DNA of 64,000 bases from Spirochaetaceae bacterium. Lineage in GTDB: Bacteria > Spirochaetota > Spirochaetia > DSM-2461. Each line of letters starts with the position of its first letter. Position 1 is the stretch's first letter. The stretch is from contig JAOPTT010000002.1 in assembly GCA_051531975.1 (NCBI GenBank), positions 345,968-409,967 on the forward strand. The letters run 5' to 3'. Below are positions 48,957-58,496 of this stretch, one piece after another. A program made the translations under genes and the position numbers. The notes under the pieces are model-generated. The model saw only the letters and a list, made by a program, of their open reading frames with translations. It did not search any database and was not told where the DNA came from.

Positions 48957-51164
48957 CTAAGCAGTTATTAATATCTGATATGTAAAATAAAGAGCAGCTA
49001 TAGCATCATCATATAAAATATCATTTTCACTACTTTTTATTTTATTGTCAGCTTCAATTACAATAGCTGATAATAGATTGTTTAAAGGAGTCGAATTATC
49101 AGTCCTTTTATCCTTTAAAACACTATAACAAAATTCCCATATTCTATTTTTATTTCCAGATTTAAACCATTTTATTAATTCATGATGTTTTACATTAAAC
49201 AGATCTAGATCCCTTGTATCCTGTAAAAAATCTTTGAGCCCATCACCTTTCTTCTGATTATTAGATGAGTAAATATTTGATAATTTAGGTTTAAAATCAA
49301 ATAGAGCGGATACCAGAGAGTAATATGTCTGCCTAAAGATACCATCTGTATACTCCCGGGGATAAATAAATGTCTGTTTAAATATATTTCCTTCCTCATC
49401 CATATTTTTTAGTGCTATAAGGTAATTTATTTTATCCCATGCTTCTATAGCATCTAATGAAAGTTTTGTTATTTTGTCTATGTTCTGCTTATAACCGATT
49501 CTTCCAAGTGATTTTGCCGCAGTAGATCTAATTGCAGAGTTTTTATCATCTAAAAGCTTTATAAGAATATTTTCAACCCTGGTATCAGAATATGCTCCCA
49601 AAGCAAATATGGCTTTCTTTTGATGGTATGAACCTGAGTCAGAAGCTTCGTCTAATATTTGTGGTAATAAAGCATCTCTTGGGTGGCTAAATAAGGATTT
49701 TATGACATCGCCTTTATGTGGAGACAATGGTGAAGCTAATATGGAACGCAACTCCTCAGTGGCTATATTTGCATCATTTTGACTAATTGACAAAATTACA
49801 TTCTTAATTTTAACAGGATCCTTTATTGTATCTAACTTACCAATATCATTATAGGCACGTAATCCTTCTGATGAGAAAAGTATTGCCATTGTCTCTTTGG
49901 CTGATAAACTGCCTACATCAATTATTTTTAAACTGAGAATTACCATAACCATACTTAATATGAACATTAATAAAAACATCAAACTGAAGTTATTTGGTAA
50001 TAATTGAGTCCATGACTGACCGGCATCAATTAAGATTCCCCCTAAAATACCGGTTAAGAATGAGAAGATTGCGGTTATGAATTTAATCATTGAGTTATAT
50101 GCAAATGAGTCTGTTTCAGGCATTGTATTTACAAGAACTCTATTGATTAATACATTATTTGAAAGTAGAAAAAAGTTTGTTAAAAGTCCCAGGATAAAAA
50201 ACATATATTTAGGTATAGTAGATATATTATTTCCCGGAAGCAACATCCAGATAATCAAAAAAATAGATAATAGGATATTCATACCAATTAATAATGGCCG
50301 GCTTCCAATTCTATCTGAATAGTTTTTTGTAAATAGTCCTGAAAGTATATTTGCAAATGCAATTATCATTGTATAAAGAAATATATAATTAGCTGTAATT
50401 CCAACTTCCTTCCTTAAAAAAACAATAGTTAATCCGTTAAGAACCATTACACAGATAGATATCCATCTGAATAACAGTGGATACTTGCGTTTTTTATTAT
50501 GCATAGACTCTTTAAATATAACAAAAAGATTACGGCTCTTATGGTACTCTACAGTCTCCCTGCAAGGGATTTTTCGAAACTGCAATACTGCTGCAGTATT
50601 AATTATGGATCCAAAAACCTGTAGTAGTAATATTCCTGTTGTTCCAGATAATAATTTAAACGATGTAATAATAAAGCTGATAAGCTTTGATACTAGTGCT
50701 GTACTCTGAAATGCGATATTTAGCTTTGCAAATACAATGCCTCTATTTCCAGAGGTTGTAACCATTTTAATTAATGGATTCTCAATAACCACACCAACCA
50801 TTCTTGCACTACAAAAAAGTGTATAAACAATTAATATAAGAAGTACTGCACTCCGACCTTCAAGAAAAAATAGAGCAAGATAGATTAATACAAACATTCC
50901 ACGTAAAAACCATGCTGTAGATTGAACCTTAATTAGATTCTTTCCAGCCAATAATTTTGGTAAAATTACAAGTATGAACCCTGTTAGAAAAATTACTGAA
51001 GATATGTAACCTAGCTCAATATTAGTAGCGCCAAATCCAATCGCTAATAGATATACAGGGGTTGCCCCCATGAAGTTAAAAGCCATTCCATTAAAAGCCT
51101 GGAATGTATATAATTTTTTTTGACCTATTTTTTTCTCTTCTTCAGATAAAAACTTTGTTAACAT
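48957..51164 (-). CDS. MFS-like transporter fused to C-terminal HEAT repeats
   Basis: About 12 hydrophobic segments, SDRIGSRP loop motif, AIFALG...IRSTAAKSLGRIG HEAT-like helices; GGAG RBS before ATG 51164. Confidence 0.75.
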   Translation of the reverse strand: MLTKFLSEEEKKIGQKKLYTFQAFNGMAFNFMGATPVYLLAIGFGATNIELGYISSVIFLTGFILVILPKLLAGKNLIKVQSTAWFLRGMFVLIYLALFFLEGRSAVLLILIVYTLFCSARMVGVVIENPLIKMVTTSGNRGIVFAKLNIAFQSTALVSKLISFIITSFKLLSGTTGILLLQVFGSIINTAAVLQFRKIPCRETVEYHKSRNLFVIFKESMHNKKRKYPLLFRWISICVMVLNGLTIVFLRKEVGITANYIFLYTMIIAFANILSGLFTKNYSDRIGSRPLLIGMNILLSIFLIIWMLLPGNNISTIPKYMFFILGLLTNFFLLSNNVLINRVLVNTMPETDSFAYNSMIKFITAIFSFLTGILGGILIDAGQSWTQLLPNNFSLMFLLMFILSMVMVILSLKIIDVGSLSAKETMAILFSSEGLRAYNDIGKLDTIKDPVKIKNVILSISQNDANIATEELRSILASPLSPHKGDVIKSLFSHPRDALLPQILDEASDSGSYHQKKAIFALGAYSDTRVENILIKLLDDKNSAIRSTAAKSLGRIGYKQNIDKITKLSLDAIEAWDKINYLIALKNMDEEGNIFKQTFIYPREYTDGIFRQTYYSLVSALFDFKPKLSNIYSSNNQKKGDGLKDFLQDTRDLDLFNVKHHELIKWFKSGNKNRIWEFCYSVLKDKRTDNSTPLNNLLSAIVIEADNKIKSSENDILYDDAIAALYFTYQILITA

Positions 51165-51290
51165 GTTCTCTCCATTTAATACATTTATCAAATATCATGT
51201 TTATATCGAAACAGATATTAACGAAAAGGAGGTGTTCATCTATATGTTTCTGATAAAATTCCTCTATTTTTTTATAGTTAATGCTCAATA

Positions 51291-51347
51291 TTATTTAACT
51301 GCACCGGCAGTTATGCATCCTATTATTTGAATTCTTAAAGTAATATA
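51291..51347 (-). pseudogene. C-terminal remnant of a carbohydrate ABC permease (MalG-like)
   Basis: Translates YITLRIQIIGCITAGAVK*, matching the typical G.TAGAVK terminus. Confidence 0.5.
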
Positions 51348-51389
51348 TCTTATTGCAGTATCAGTTCATCTAATGTACGTTTTGGAACA

Positions 51390-51565
51390 TGATGAATTAA
51401 TTTCACCTGTTGAATTTGACATATATACTTCATTGGCTGTTTGTTTGCAGCTGAGGGAGTTAAACGTGATAGATATATAAGACCTCGTAAAATTTCAGAA
51501 TCAATTTTATGTTCCTAATTATATCTTCTGTATGATCTATTTTTAAGTATTACATCTCGAATCAA
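51390..51565 (-). pseudogene. N-terminal remnant of a nitroreductase family gene
   Basis: AAGGAG RBS then TTG; MIRDVILKNRSYRRYN*EHKIDSEILRGLIYLSRLTPSAANKQPMKYI; TAG at 51515-51517, then an apparent frameshift and truncation (lower coordinate approximate). Confidence 0.75.
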
Positions 51566-51622
51566 AGCCTTATCTCCTTTTAATAACCGTATCCCTTGTT
51601 GAATATTTTCAGTACCAATATA

Positions 51623-52810
51623 TTACGTAGACGAATGGTTAAATGCTGCGGATACAAATAGTAATATTCCCTTAATAAGAACGTCTTCTGGAAAATCAAA
51701 ATCTGAAGCATGTAATGCCGGTGTCTCATCTCCGAGTCCAAGCAGGATCATGGCTCCAGCCTTCTTATCTGTATAAAAAGAGAAATCTTCCGAGACTGTT
51801 TTTGCATGAGTTTCATTAATTACTCCCGGTATCTCTTTATATTGTAATGAGGCTTCTTTCAGGATTTGATTTAAATTACTCAGAAATCCACCATCATTGA
51901 AAACAGGTTTATAATATTTGGAGATATATTCTGTTTTAACAAGGCAGCCAGTATCTTTTTCTATCTTTGATTCTATTTTGGTAAATAGTTCTTTAACTAA
52001 ATCAAGATGTTCCATTTTGTAATATCTTATAGTCCCTCTAATTTCTATGGTGTCAGGGATTATATTATCACTGGAACCTCCGTTTATTCTGCACGAGGAT
52101 ATAATAACTTTGCCCTTAAGATCCGTGCTCATTTTTTCTATTTCATTTATTATTGTTGCAGCAGAGGGGAAAGGACTCAATCCATTTTGAGGTAATCCTC
52201 CATGAGTAGCTTTTCCTCTAATTACTGTTGAAAACGTTGCAAATGCAGAAAAAAAGGGACCCCCTTTTGAGAAAAGCTGCCCTTTGTTTAAATGAGGCCA
52301 GCCATGAATTGCCAGTACATTTTTAACGTTATGCAATATTCCAGCTGAAACTAGTTTAGAACCTCCACATTCAATCTCTTCTGCAGGTTGAAATACAAAC
52401 CTAACAGGGCGTGGCAGGGGATATCCATTTTTAATCAGTCTGTCTATAATAAGCGCAGCACCAGAAAGCATACTCATATGCCCATCATGCCCGCAACTGT
52501 GTGCAGCACCTTTATTTATTGATTTATACGGTTTGTTACCCGTTTCATCCTGGCACAGTGCATCCATATCAGATCGGAGAAGAAGAGCTTCTTGCTTAGA
52601 AGTATCCCCAAAATCAAATACGATATCTGTTTCCAGGTACGGTTTATGAATATTGATATTGCAATCACCTAGTACTTCAATTAGCCGTCTTCTTGTTTCA
52701 AACTCATTCCAGGCAGTTTCCGGATTTTTATGGAGTTCTTTTCGTAATTTTTTAATTTCAGGTAATAGTTTGTCTATCTCATCATTGAGAGCCAGGTAAA
52801 AATTATTCAT
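51623..52810 (-). CDS. M20D family amidohydrolase
   Basis: LHKNPE, RSDMDAL, HSCGHDGH, FQPAEE, SEDF, LH.SDFD. Confidence 0.92.
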   Translation of the reverse strand: MNNFYLALNDEIDKLLPEIKKLRKELHKNPETAWNEFETRRRLIEVLGDCNINIHKPYLETDIVFDFGDTSKQEALLLRSDMDALCQDETGNKPYKSINKGAAHSCGHDGHMSMLSGAALIIDRLIKNGYPLPRPVRFVFQPAEEIECGGSKLVSAGILHNVKNVLAIHGWPHLNKGQLFSKGGPFFSAFATFSTVIRGKATHGGLPQNGLSPFPSAATIINEIEKMSTDLKGKVIISSCRINGGSSDNIIPDTIEIRGTIRYYKMEHLDLVKELFTKIESKIEKDTGCLVKTEYISKYYKPVFNDGGFLSNLNQILKEASLQYKEIPGVINETHAKTVSEDFSFYTDKKAGAMILLGLGDETPALHASDFDFPEDVLIKGILLFVSAAFNHSST

Positions 52811-52825
52811 TTAATTATTTTCTCC

Positions 52826-53713
52826 TCACAGGATACATTCTCCATCATGAATAAGAATTCCAAATCCTAAACCAGCAGAACCGCCTTGTTTCAGCCATTT
52901 CACCATGTATTTTTGCATTGCTGTGTGTTGTGGAAGATGTTTTGGATCACCTGTATATGGTACCCCAAATAGCCTCCAGGCATCAGAAAACTCAACATCC
53001 TTTCTATTCTCAATAATATCCCAATCATCCATAAATCGAACAGTATTGAGACTTGCAGGGAAGATTTTCCTGTTTTCTTCATAGAGTAGCCAAGTATCAC
53101 ATATACAGATCAAATGACTGGAATCTGATGCTCCCACAAGGATTTCATAGGCTTTTTTATAACTTTCATATCTTAGCTCTTCTGTTAAAGGACCACTGGA
53201 TGGGATATGAACTGAATAGACTACATCACCCTTTTTGACTGATACACCTTTTTTAACATAGAGATCTTTAGGATAGACATTCCGCTCATATTGCAATCTT
53301 CCAATAGTGACTATATTGAGTCTGAATAATCTCGAATACCAGCTCATTCTAATTATACCGAGAACGTCTTTTCTAACCTGACATTCTTTTGCCTTATATT
53401 TCAAATCAATGATGCTGTCCCAAAACAACTGTTCTCCATAACCACGATTCATATATTCATCCTTCAGTCGCTCAGACGCTACTGCTAGAAATATGAAGTT
53501 AATCGTATAAAGGTCAATATTAGACTTTTCTGAGATTACTGTCAGAATTGATTCAATCTCTTCGGAAGAGAAGTTTGAATTGTAAAAGGTCTCAATTGCT
53601 ATGAATATATCTTTCTTATACTCATTCAGTATTTTATCTCCAACATCAATAAGGTACTCATAATCTTCTGTAAGAAATTCAAATCGCTTAAGTAAAGCAT
53701 CATAATAATCCAT
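52826..53713 (-). CDS. acyltransferase domain protein (NAT_N/GNAT_C, DUF5596-like)
   Basis: IGRLQY, VHIPSSGPL, CDTWLL, LPQHTAMQ motifs. Confidence 0.75.
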   Translation of the reverse strand: MDYYDALLKRFEFLTEDYEYLIDVGDKILNEYKKDIFIAIETFYNSNFSSEEIESILTVISEKSNIDLYTINFIFLAVASERLKDEYMNRGYGEQLFWDSIIDLKYKAKECQVRKDVLGIIRMSWYSRLFRLNIVTIGRLQYERNVYPKDLYVKKGVSVKKGDVVYSVHIPSSGPLTEELRYESYKKAYEILVGASDSSHLICICDTWLLYEENRKIFPASLNTVRFMDDWDIIENRKDVEFSDAWRLFGVPYTGDPKHLPQHTAMQKYMVKWLKQGGSAGLGFGILIHDGECIL

Positions 53714-54012
53714 AATAATATTCCCCTTTAATCTGTTTAATTTTTATGTCGTAGCTAAAAATAGTCACATAATTGTGAATCGAACAATTAAATGAATCGC
53801 TCCATCCTATGAATATACATATCTTAGTCCCCTTATTAGTTTGCTGTAAATCCTCATATCCATTCATCATCTTCAAATCATTAATAATCAAATAAATTGA
53901 TGATTACCAAACAATTTGGAGATGATTGGAAGAAAATATTACAATATTTTACTCTAAACTCTGACTATTATGGGGTTCTATAAAGTCATGAAATTTAATT
54001 ATTGAGTATTTA

Positions 54013-54111
54013 TATATTCTTATTTTACGAAATCTTACCTATCAAAATATATTACTTGACAATACGGTTAATCGGATCTAATTTATAAAACCAACCGGTT
54101 GGATTTAAATT
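54013..54111 (+). promoter_or_regulatory. sigma70 promoter plus palindromic operator, copy 1
   Basis: TTGACA (54056)-17-TAATTT; CCAACCGGTTGG at 54091-54102; near-identical to 57591-57687. Confidence 0.8.
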
Positions 54112-54221
54112 TAAACATTAAAGTATTGTTACATGATTTGCATGGAAGAGTATCAAAGATTTAAATTTGTATGTTCTTGAATTTATCATATATAAAAATA
54201 CTTATACAAAAAGGAGACACT

Positions 54222-57200
54222 ATGAAAGTAAAGAAATGGTTAGGACTATCTCTATTATTGGTTATGATTCCATTTGTTACAATGGCAATGGGATTTAAAG
54301 AACTAGAGGTTGTAAAACCAATGTTGTTAGATGTGCAAGCAGTAACAGTAAGTTCAGATGATGGAAATGTTCCAGAAAATGTTTTAGATGGAAATCTGGC
54401 TACAAGATGGTCTGCCCAGGGTGATGGTGAATGGTTAACTTGCGATTTGGGTATATCCATGGAAGTTGGATATATTGGTATGGCTTTCTTTAAAGGCAAT
54501 GCTCGACAAACAAGATTTGATGTTGAGTTGTCAGAAGATGGAAAGGCATGGAAATCTGTTTTTTCCGGAGAGAACAGCGGAAAAACAATTTTAAGCGAAG
54601 CTTTCGATATAGAAGACGGCACAGCTCGGTATGTAAAGATAGTATGCCATGGAAATACAAGCAATGACTGGAATAGTATAAATGAATTAAAAATTTATGC
54701 ACCAGCTTCGAGTCCGATTTTAGTGCCAGAAGCATTAACACTGACGCCAAAAACAGTAAGCTCAAGTTCGGATGATGGAAATCTTCCATCGAACACACTT
54801 GATGGTGATTTAAATAGTCGATGGTCAGCACAAGGTGATGGAGAATGGATAAAATATGATTTGGGAAAAGCTTTAGAAGTTTCTTATATAAGTCTAGCAT
54901 TCTTTAAAGGTAATGCACGTCAGACTAAATTTGATATTGAATTATCAGAAGATGATAAAACATGGATAAAAGTTCTTTCAAGTGAAGGTAGTGGAACAAC
55001 CGTTTATAGCGAAGCATTCGATATAGAAGATGCAAGTGCTCGTTATGTCAAACTTGTATGCCATGGAAACACAAGTAATGATTGGAATAGTATTAATGAA
55101 GTTAAAATTTATGGTCCAAATCCAAAGAATGAATTAATTTTAGCTCCAGAAGCAATAATGATTACTCCAAAAGCTGTAACCTCAAGTTCGGATGATGGAA
55201 ATCTACCAACAAACACAATAGATGGAGACATTGCCTCAAGATGGTCAGCTCAAGGTGATGGAGAGTGGATTGCTTATGATTTTGGAAAAGCTTTAGATAT
55301 TGGATATATTGGAATTGCGTTCTTTAAAGGAAATGCACGACAGACAAAATTTGATATTGAATCTTCACAAGATGGAAAAACTTGGTCACCGCTTTATTCT
55401 GGTATGAACAGTGGAATTACATTAAAAATTGAAGAAATAGATATAGAAGATGCAGCAATTCGACATATTCGAATAACAGGCCACGGAAATACAAGTAACG
55501 ATTGGAATAGTATAAACGAGGTTCAATTCTATTCTCCTAATCCTTCTGGAAATATCATTATTCCTTCTGGAACAAAAAAAATAGAGATACCAGATACTAT
55601 TGTTTATACTCAACCTGGTTTTATAAATCCAGATGGAACAGTTCATGAAATTCATACACCAAATCCTGTTACTGGAAAAACAATTAGTGTAGCTGAATTT
55701 GGAGTTGATCTTGCTGATAATGGTAACAATGATGTTCCTGCTATACAAAAAGCAATGGATTCGGCAGTAGCTGGAGACGAAGTTTATTTTCCAGCAGGTA
55801 TTTACAACCTTAATAGTGGAGTTTCAAACGATAAAACTTCTCATATAATGCTTAAATCTGGTGTTAATGTTAGAGGAGAAGAACAGGATAAAGTTATTTT
55901 ATTATCTAATTTCTCAAAAGAAGAAAATAATAAACTTAGTACTCAAGTATTTAGAGCTACAGGTGTTCATGATATCTATATATCAAATGTATCTATAACA
56001 TCTACTTTTGATGGCAAATATTCCACAGTTCCAGATCAAAAAAATCCGGATGCAGATGGTCCATTATATGGGGTTTTTATTCAGGGATCTTCCGGAATTC
56101 CTACTAGTAAAATAACAGTTGAAAATGTATCAATCGAAAAATTTCAACGTTATGCTGTAAGAATTGGGAAAAGTCATGATGTAACTATTCGAAATATATA
56201 TGTAACAAATGCTACAGATGTTGGTGGCGGTGGAGCTGGTTATGGCGTAAATATTCAAGGTGAAGGTCATGGTGTTAACCGAGTTGGATATAAAGATGAT
56301 AGTCGTTATAATTTAGTTGAAAATTCCAGGTTTATCGGTCCATATATGAGACATGGTGTTGGTATGTCATATTACACCCATAATAATCTTGTTCGAAATA
56401 ACTATTTTGAAACACATGTATATGATCCAATTGATATACATGGAGAAGATGAATATCTCAATGAAATATATGGAAATGAAGTACGTGATATACCTTTTGG
56501 TTCAGGGATTGGAGTTGGTAATACAGGTTTTCCACATGATTCTTCCGGTTCTTTTAATTATATTCATGATAATACATTAATAAATTGTCGTGAAGGTATT
56601 AAAGTTTATCTTAATACACCAGATACCATAATAGAAAATAACATAATCACTAGTACAACAATGGCTAGTGCTGTTGGTATTCTTATTTTGAATGGTCCAA
56701 GAACAATAATTAGAGGGAATAAAATCAATGACAATCCTGGTAAAAACTTTACAGGAATTAAACTTGATCATGATGACGGAACACGAGGTGAGTTCGATGG
56801 TGATCCAAAAGATGTTCAAATTTTAAATAACGAGATATATAATAATGATTATGGTATTAGAATCCTGGCTGCAGAACGTACAATCATAAATGGTAACAAC
56901 GTTCATGATAATAAAATTGAAAATATTTTCGAAGCCGTTCCAAATGTACCTGCAACAAAAGCATCTGCTACAAAAGGTTTATCGCCAGATGTAATGATGA
57001 TCTGTGATTTTGAGCCTACAGAAGAAGTTTTTGATATATTTAATCAGGACAATGAGGGAATAGTTATACCTCCTGGAAAAGAGTATGATTATAAAAAAGA
57101 ACAAGTTAAATCTGGAGAATACTCATTAAAATGGGAAGATATGGTAACTATAAATAGAATAGTTACTAAGGATCTACAAGAAAATGATTGGTCAAAACAC

Positions 57201-57485
57201 AACTATTTATCTTTCTGGGCATATTCAGAAAAAGCTACTAATTCAGGATTTACTTTTATATGTAACTCGGAAGGTGGATATTTCTATTTTAAAACTTTTA
57301 TTGATTGGAAAGGTTGGAAGTTGATAGAAGTACCCCTTGATAAATTCAAGACTTCAAAATCCCCTGTTGGTTGGAATATAATTAATTCAATAAAAATAGC
57401 ATCAACAGGATGGAGCATGACTCCAGATCCAACAGCAGTTTTACATGTTGATCAACTTTTATTAAGTAAAGAATCAATCAAGTAA
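54222..57485 (+). CDS. secreted polysaccharide-active enzyme: 3x F5/8 type C (CBM32), right-handed beta-helix, C-terminal CBM-like domain
   Basis: AAGGAG RBS, signal peptide; three SSDDGN...RWSAQGDGEW...HGNTSNDWNSINE repeats; DVPAIQKAMD..VYFPAGIY beta-helix start; IDWKGWK C-terminal module. Confidence 0.8.
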   Translation: MKVKKWLGLSLLLVMIPFVTMAMGFKELEVVKPMLLDVQAVTVSSDDGNVPENVLDGNLATRWSAQGDGEWLTCDLGISMEVGYIGMAFFKGNARQTRFDVELSEDGKAWKSVFSGENSGKTILSEAFDIEDGTARYVKIVCHGNTSNDWNSINELKIYAPASSPILVPEALTLTPKTVSSSSDDGNLPSNTLDGDLNSRWSAQGDGEWIKYDLGKALEVSYISLAFFKGNARQTKFDIELSEDDKTWIKVLSSEGSGTTVYSEAFDIEDASARYVKLVCHGNTSNDWNSINEVKIYGPNPKNELILAPEAIMITPKAVTSSSDDGNLPTNTIDGDIASRWSAQGDGEWIAYDFGKALDIGYIGIAFFKGNARQTKFDIESSQDGKTWSPLYSGMNSGITLKIEEIDIEDAAIRHIRITGHGNTSNDWNSINEVQFYSPNPSGNIIIPSGTKKIEIPDTIVYTQPGFINPDGTVHEIHTPNPVTGKTISVAEFGVDLADNGNNDVPAIQKAMDSAVAGDEVYFPAGIYNLNSGVSNDKTSHIMLKSGVNVRGEEQDKVILLSNFSKEENNKLSTQVFRATGVHDIYISNVSITSTFDGKYSTVPDQKNPDADGPLYGVFIQGSSGIPTSKITVENVSIEKFQRYAVRIGKSHDVTIRNIYVTNATDVGGGGAGYGVNIQGEGHGVNRVGYKDDSRYNLVENSRFIGPYMRHGVGMSYYTHNNLVRNNYFETHVYDPIDIHGEDEYLNEIYGNEVRDIPFGSGIGVGNTGFPHDSSGSFNYIHDNTLINCREGIKVYLNTPDTIIENNIITSTTMASAVGILILNGPRTIIRGNKINDNPGKNFTGIKLDHDDGTRGEFDGDPKDVQILNNEIYNNDYGIRILAAERTIINGNNVHDNKIENIFEAVPNVPATKASATKGLSPDVMMICDFEPTEEVFDIFNQDNEGIVIPPGKEYDYKKEQVKSGEYSLKWEDMVTINRIVTKDLQENDWSKHNYLSFWAYSEKATNSGFTFICNSEGGYFYFKTFIDWKGWKLIEVPLDKFKTSKSPVGWNIINSIKIASTGWSMTPDPTAVLHVDQLLLSKESIK

Positions 57486-57531
57486 TAAATTTTAAATATT
57501 TTATATGACCTTTGTTTTAAGGGTTAATCAT

Positions 57532-57574
57532 ACGGAGTTGAAAGGTTGATTGTAATCATTCAATTCCGTTTTTT
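57532..57574 (+). terminator. intrinsic terminator
   Basis: ACGGAGTTGAA...TTCAATTCCGT-TTTTT. Confidence 0.75.
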
Positions 57575-57590
57575 ATTTAATTAATATTCA

Positions 57591-57690
57591 TATATTCTTA
57601 TTTTAAGAAATCTACCCTATCAAAATATATTACTTGACAATTCGGTTAAACGGACTTAATTTAAAACCAACCGGTTGGATTTAAATTAAG
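57591..57690 (+). promoter_or_regulatory. sigma70 promoter plus palindromic operator, copy 2
   Basis: TTGACA (57634); 36-bp palindrome CTTAATTTAAA-A-CCAACCGGTTGG-A-TTTAAATTAAG at 57655-57690. Confidence 0.8.
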
Positions 57691-57706
57691 GAATTAAAGG
57701 TTACAT

Positions 57707-57805
57707 ATGTATAATAATTTTAATACAAGAGAAGGTATTACTATACCATCAATACTATTGGCATTAACAGAGAATCGAGCAAAATGGTTTAATAATAACG
57801 ATTGA
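57707..57805 (+). CDS. small 32-aa ORF or truncated gene remnant
   Basis: AAAGGT then ATG; MYNNFNTREGITIPSILLALTENRAKWFNNND*; lies directly behind promoter copy 2. Confidence 0.3.
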   Translation: MYNNFNTREGITIPSILLALTENRAKWFNNND

Positions 57806-57849
57806 AATCTCGTATATTTTCTCATACAATGTAATTTAGGAGAACAAAT

Positions 57850-58443
57850 ATGACAAAGGGTGAAATAACTAAAAAAAGAATACTGGATGCAGCGACTCTA
57901 GAGTTTTCACAACACGGTTTTGAAGGATCTAGAATTGCCAGAATTGCAGAAAATGCCCAGACAAATAAAGAACGTATATATGCAAACTTTAAAAATAAAG
58001 AGAACCTCTTCTCCCATGTATGGAGAGAGACTTATCAATTAATTGTAGATGAGGATCAAAGTTTTTTTAGCCTAAAAGAGGAAGATATTCCCAAGATGGG
58101 AGAGATAATCCTTAAAAAATATATGGAATTTCATGAGACCCACCCACTATTCTGGAGGATTTTCGCTTGGAAAAACCTGGTTAGCGATGGGGACAACACT
58201 GTAATAGAGGGATTAAAGAGCCCTGTTCATAACCATCTGAAAAAGCTCTACAACAGAGGGCAATCTCTTGGGACATTTAAAAGCGATGTCTCTTTTGAAA
58301 CTTTTATCTTTACAATTATCTCCATAACATTCACATTTTCATCAAACCGATCCACTATGAGCAAAACATTGGGTCTAGACTTCAACAGTAGAGAGATTAA
58401 AAACAACTATATTAAAGAGTGCTGTAAAATGCTCTTTAATTGA
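57850..58443 (+). CDS. TetR/AcrR family regulator
   Basis: ILDAATLEFSQHGFEGSRIARIAENA...IYANFKNKENLF; own promoter TTGAAA-17-TACAAT at 57802-57830. Confidence 0.92.
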   Translation: MTKGEITKKRILDAATLEFSQHGFEGSRIARIAENAQTNKERIYANFKNKENLFSHVWRETYQLIVDEDQSFFSLKEEDIPKMGEIILKKYMEFHETHPLFWRIFAWKNLVSDGDNTVIEGLKSPVHNHLKKLYNRGQSLGTFKSDVSFETFIFTIISITFTFSSNRSTMSKTLGLDFNSREIKNNYIKECCKMLFN

Positions 58444-58496
58444 CATATAAAATATCTAAGACTAAAATTATAATATCATACAACTGGAGATAGATT

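Noticed and set aside
48429..51946. Ungapped diverged repeat pair as the template/variable repeats of a diversity-generating retroelement
   Set aside because: Mismatches involve all four bases rather than only adenines, are mostly conservative at protein level, the match continues into a second gene, and no reverse transcriptase is present in the window
53700..53891. 63-aa minus-strand ORF upstream of the acyltransferase
   Set aside because: TTG start without RBS, no recognisable motif, overlaps the next gene's start; may be decayed sequence but cannot be supported
53958..53990. GGGGTTC-containing stretch as the partner IS3 right end
   Set aside because: Match to the 26626 end is too weak and lacks a terminal CA at the expected position
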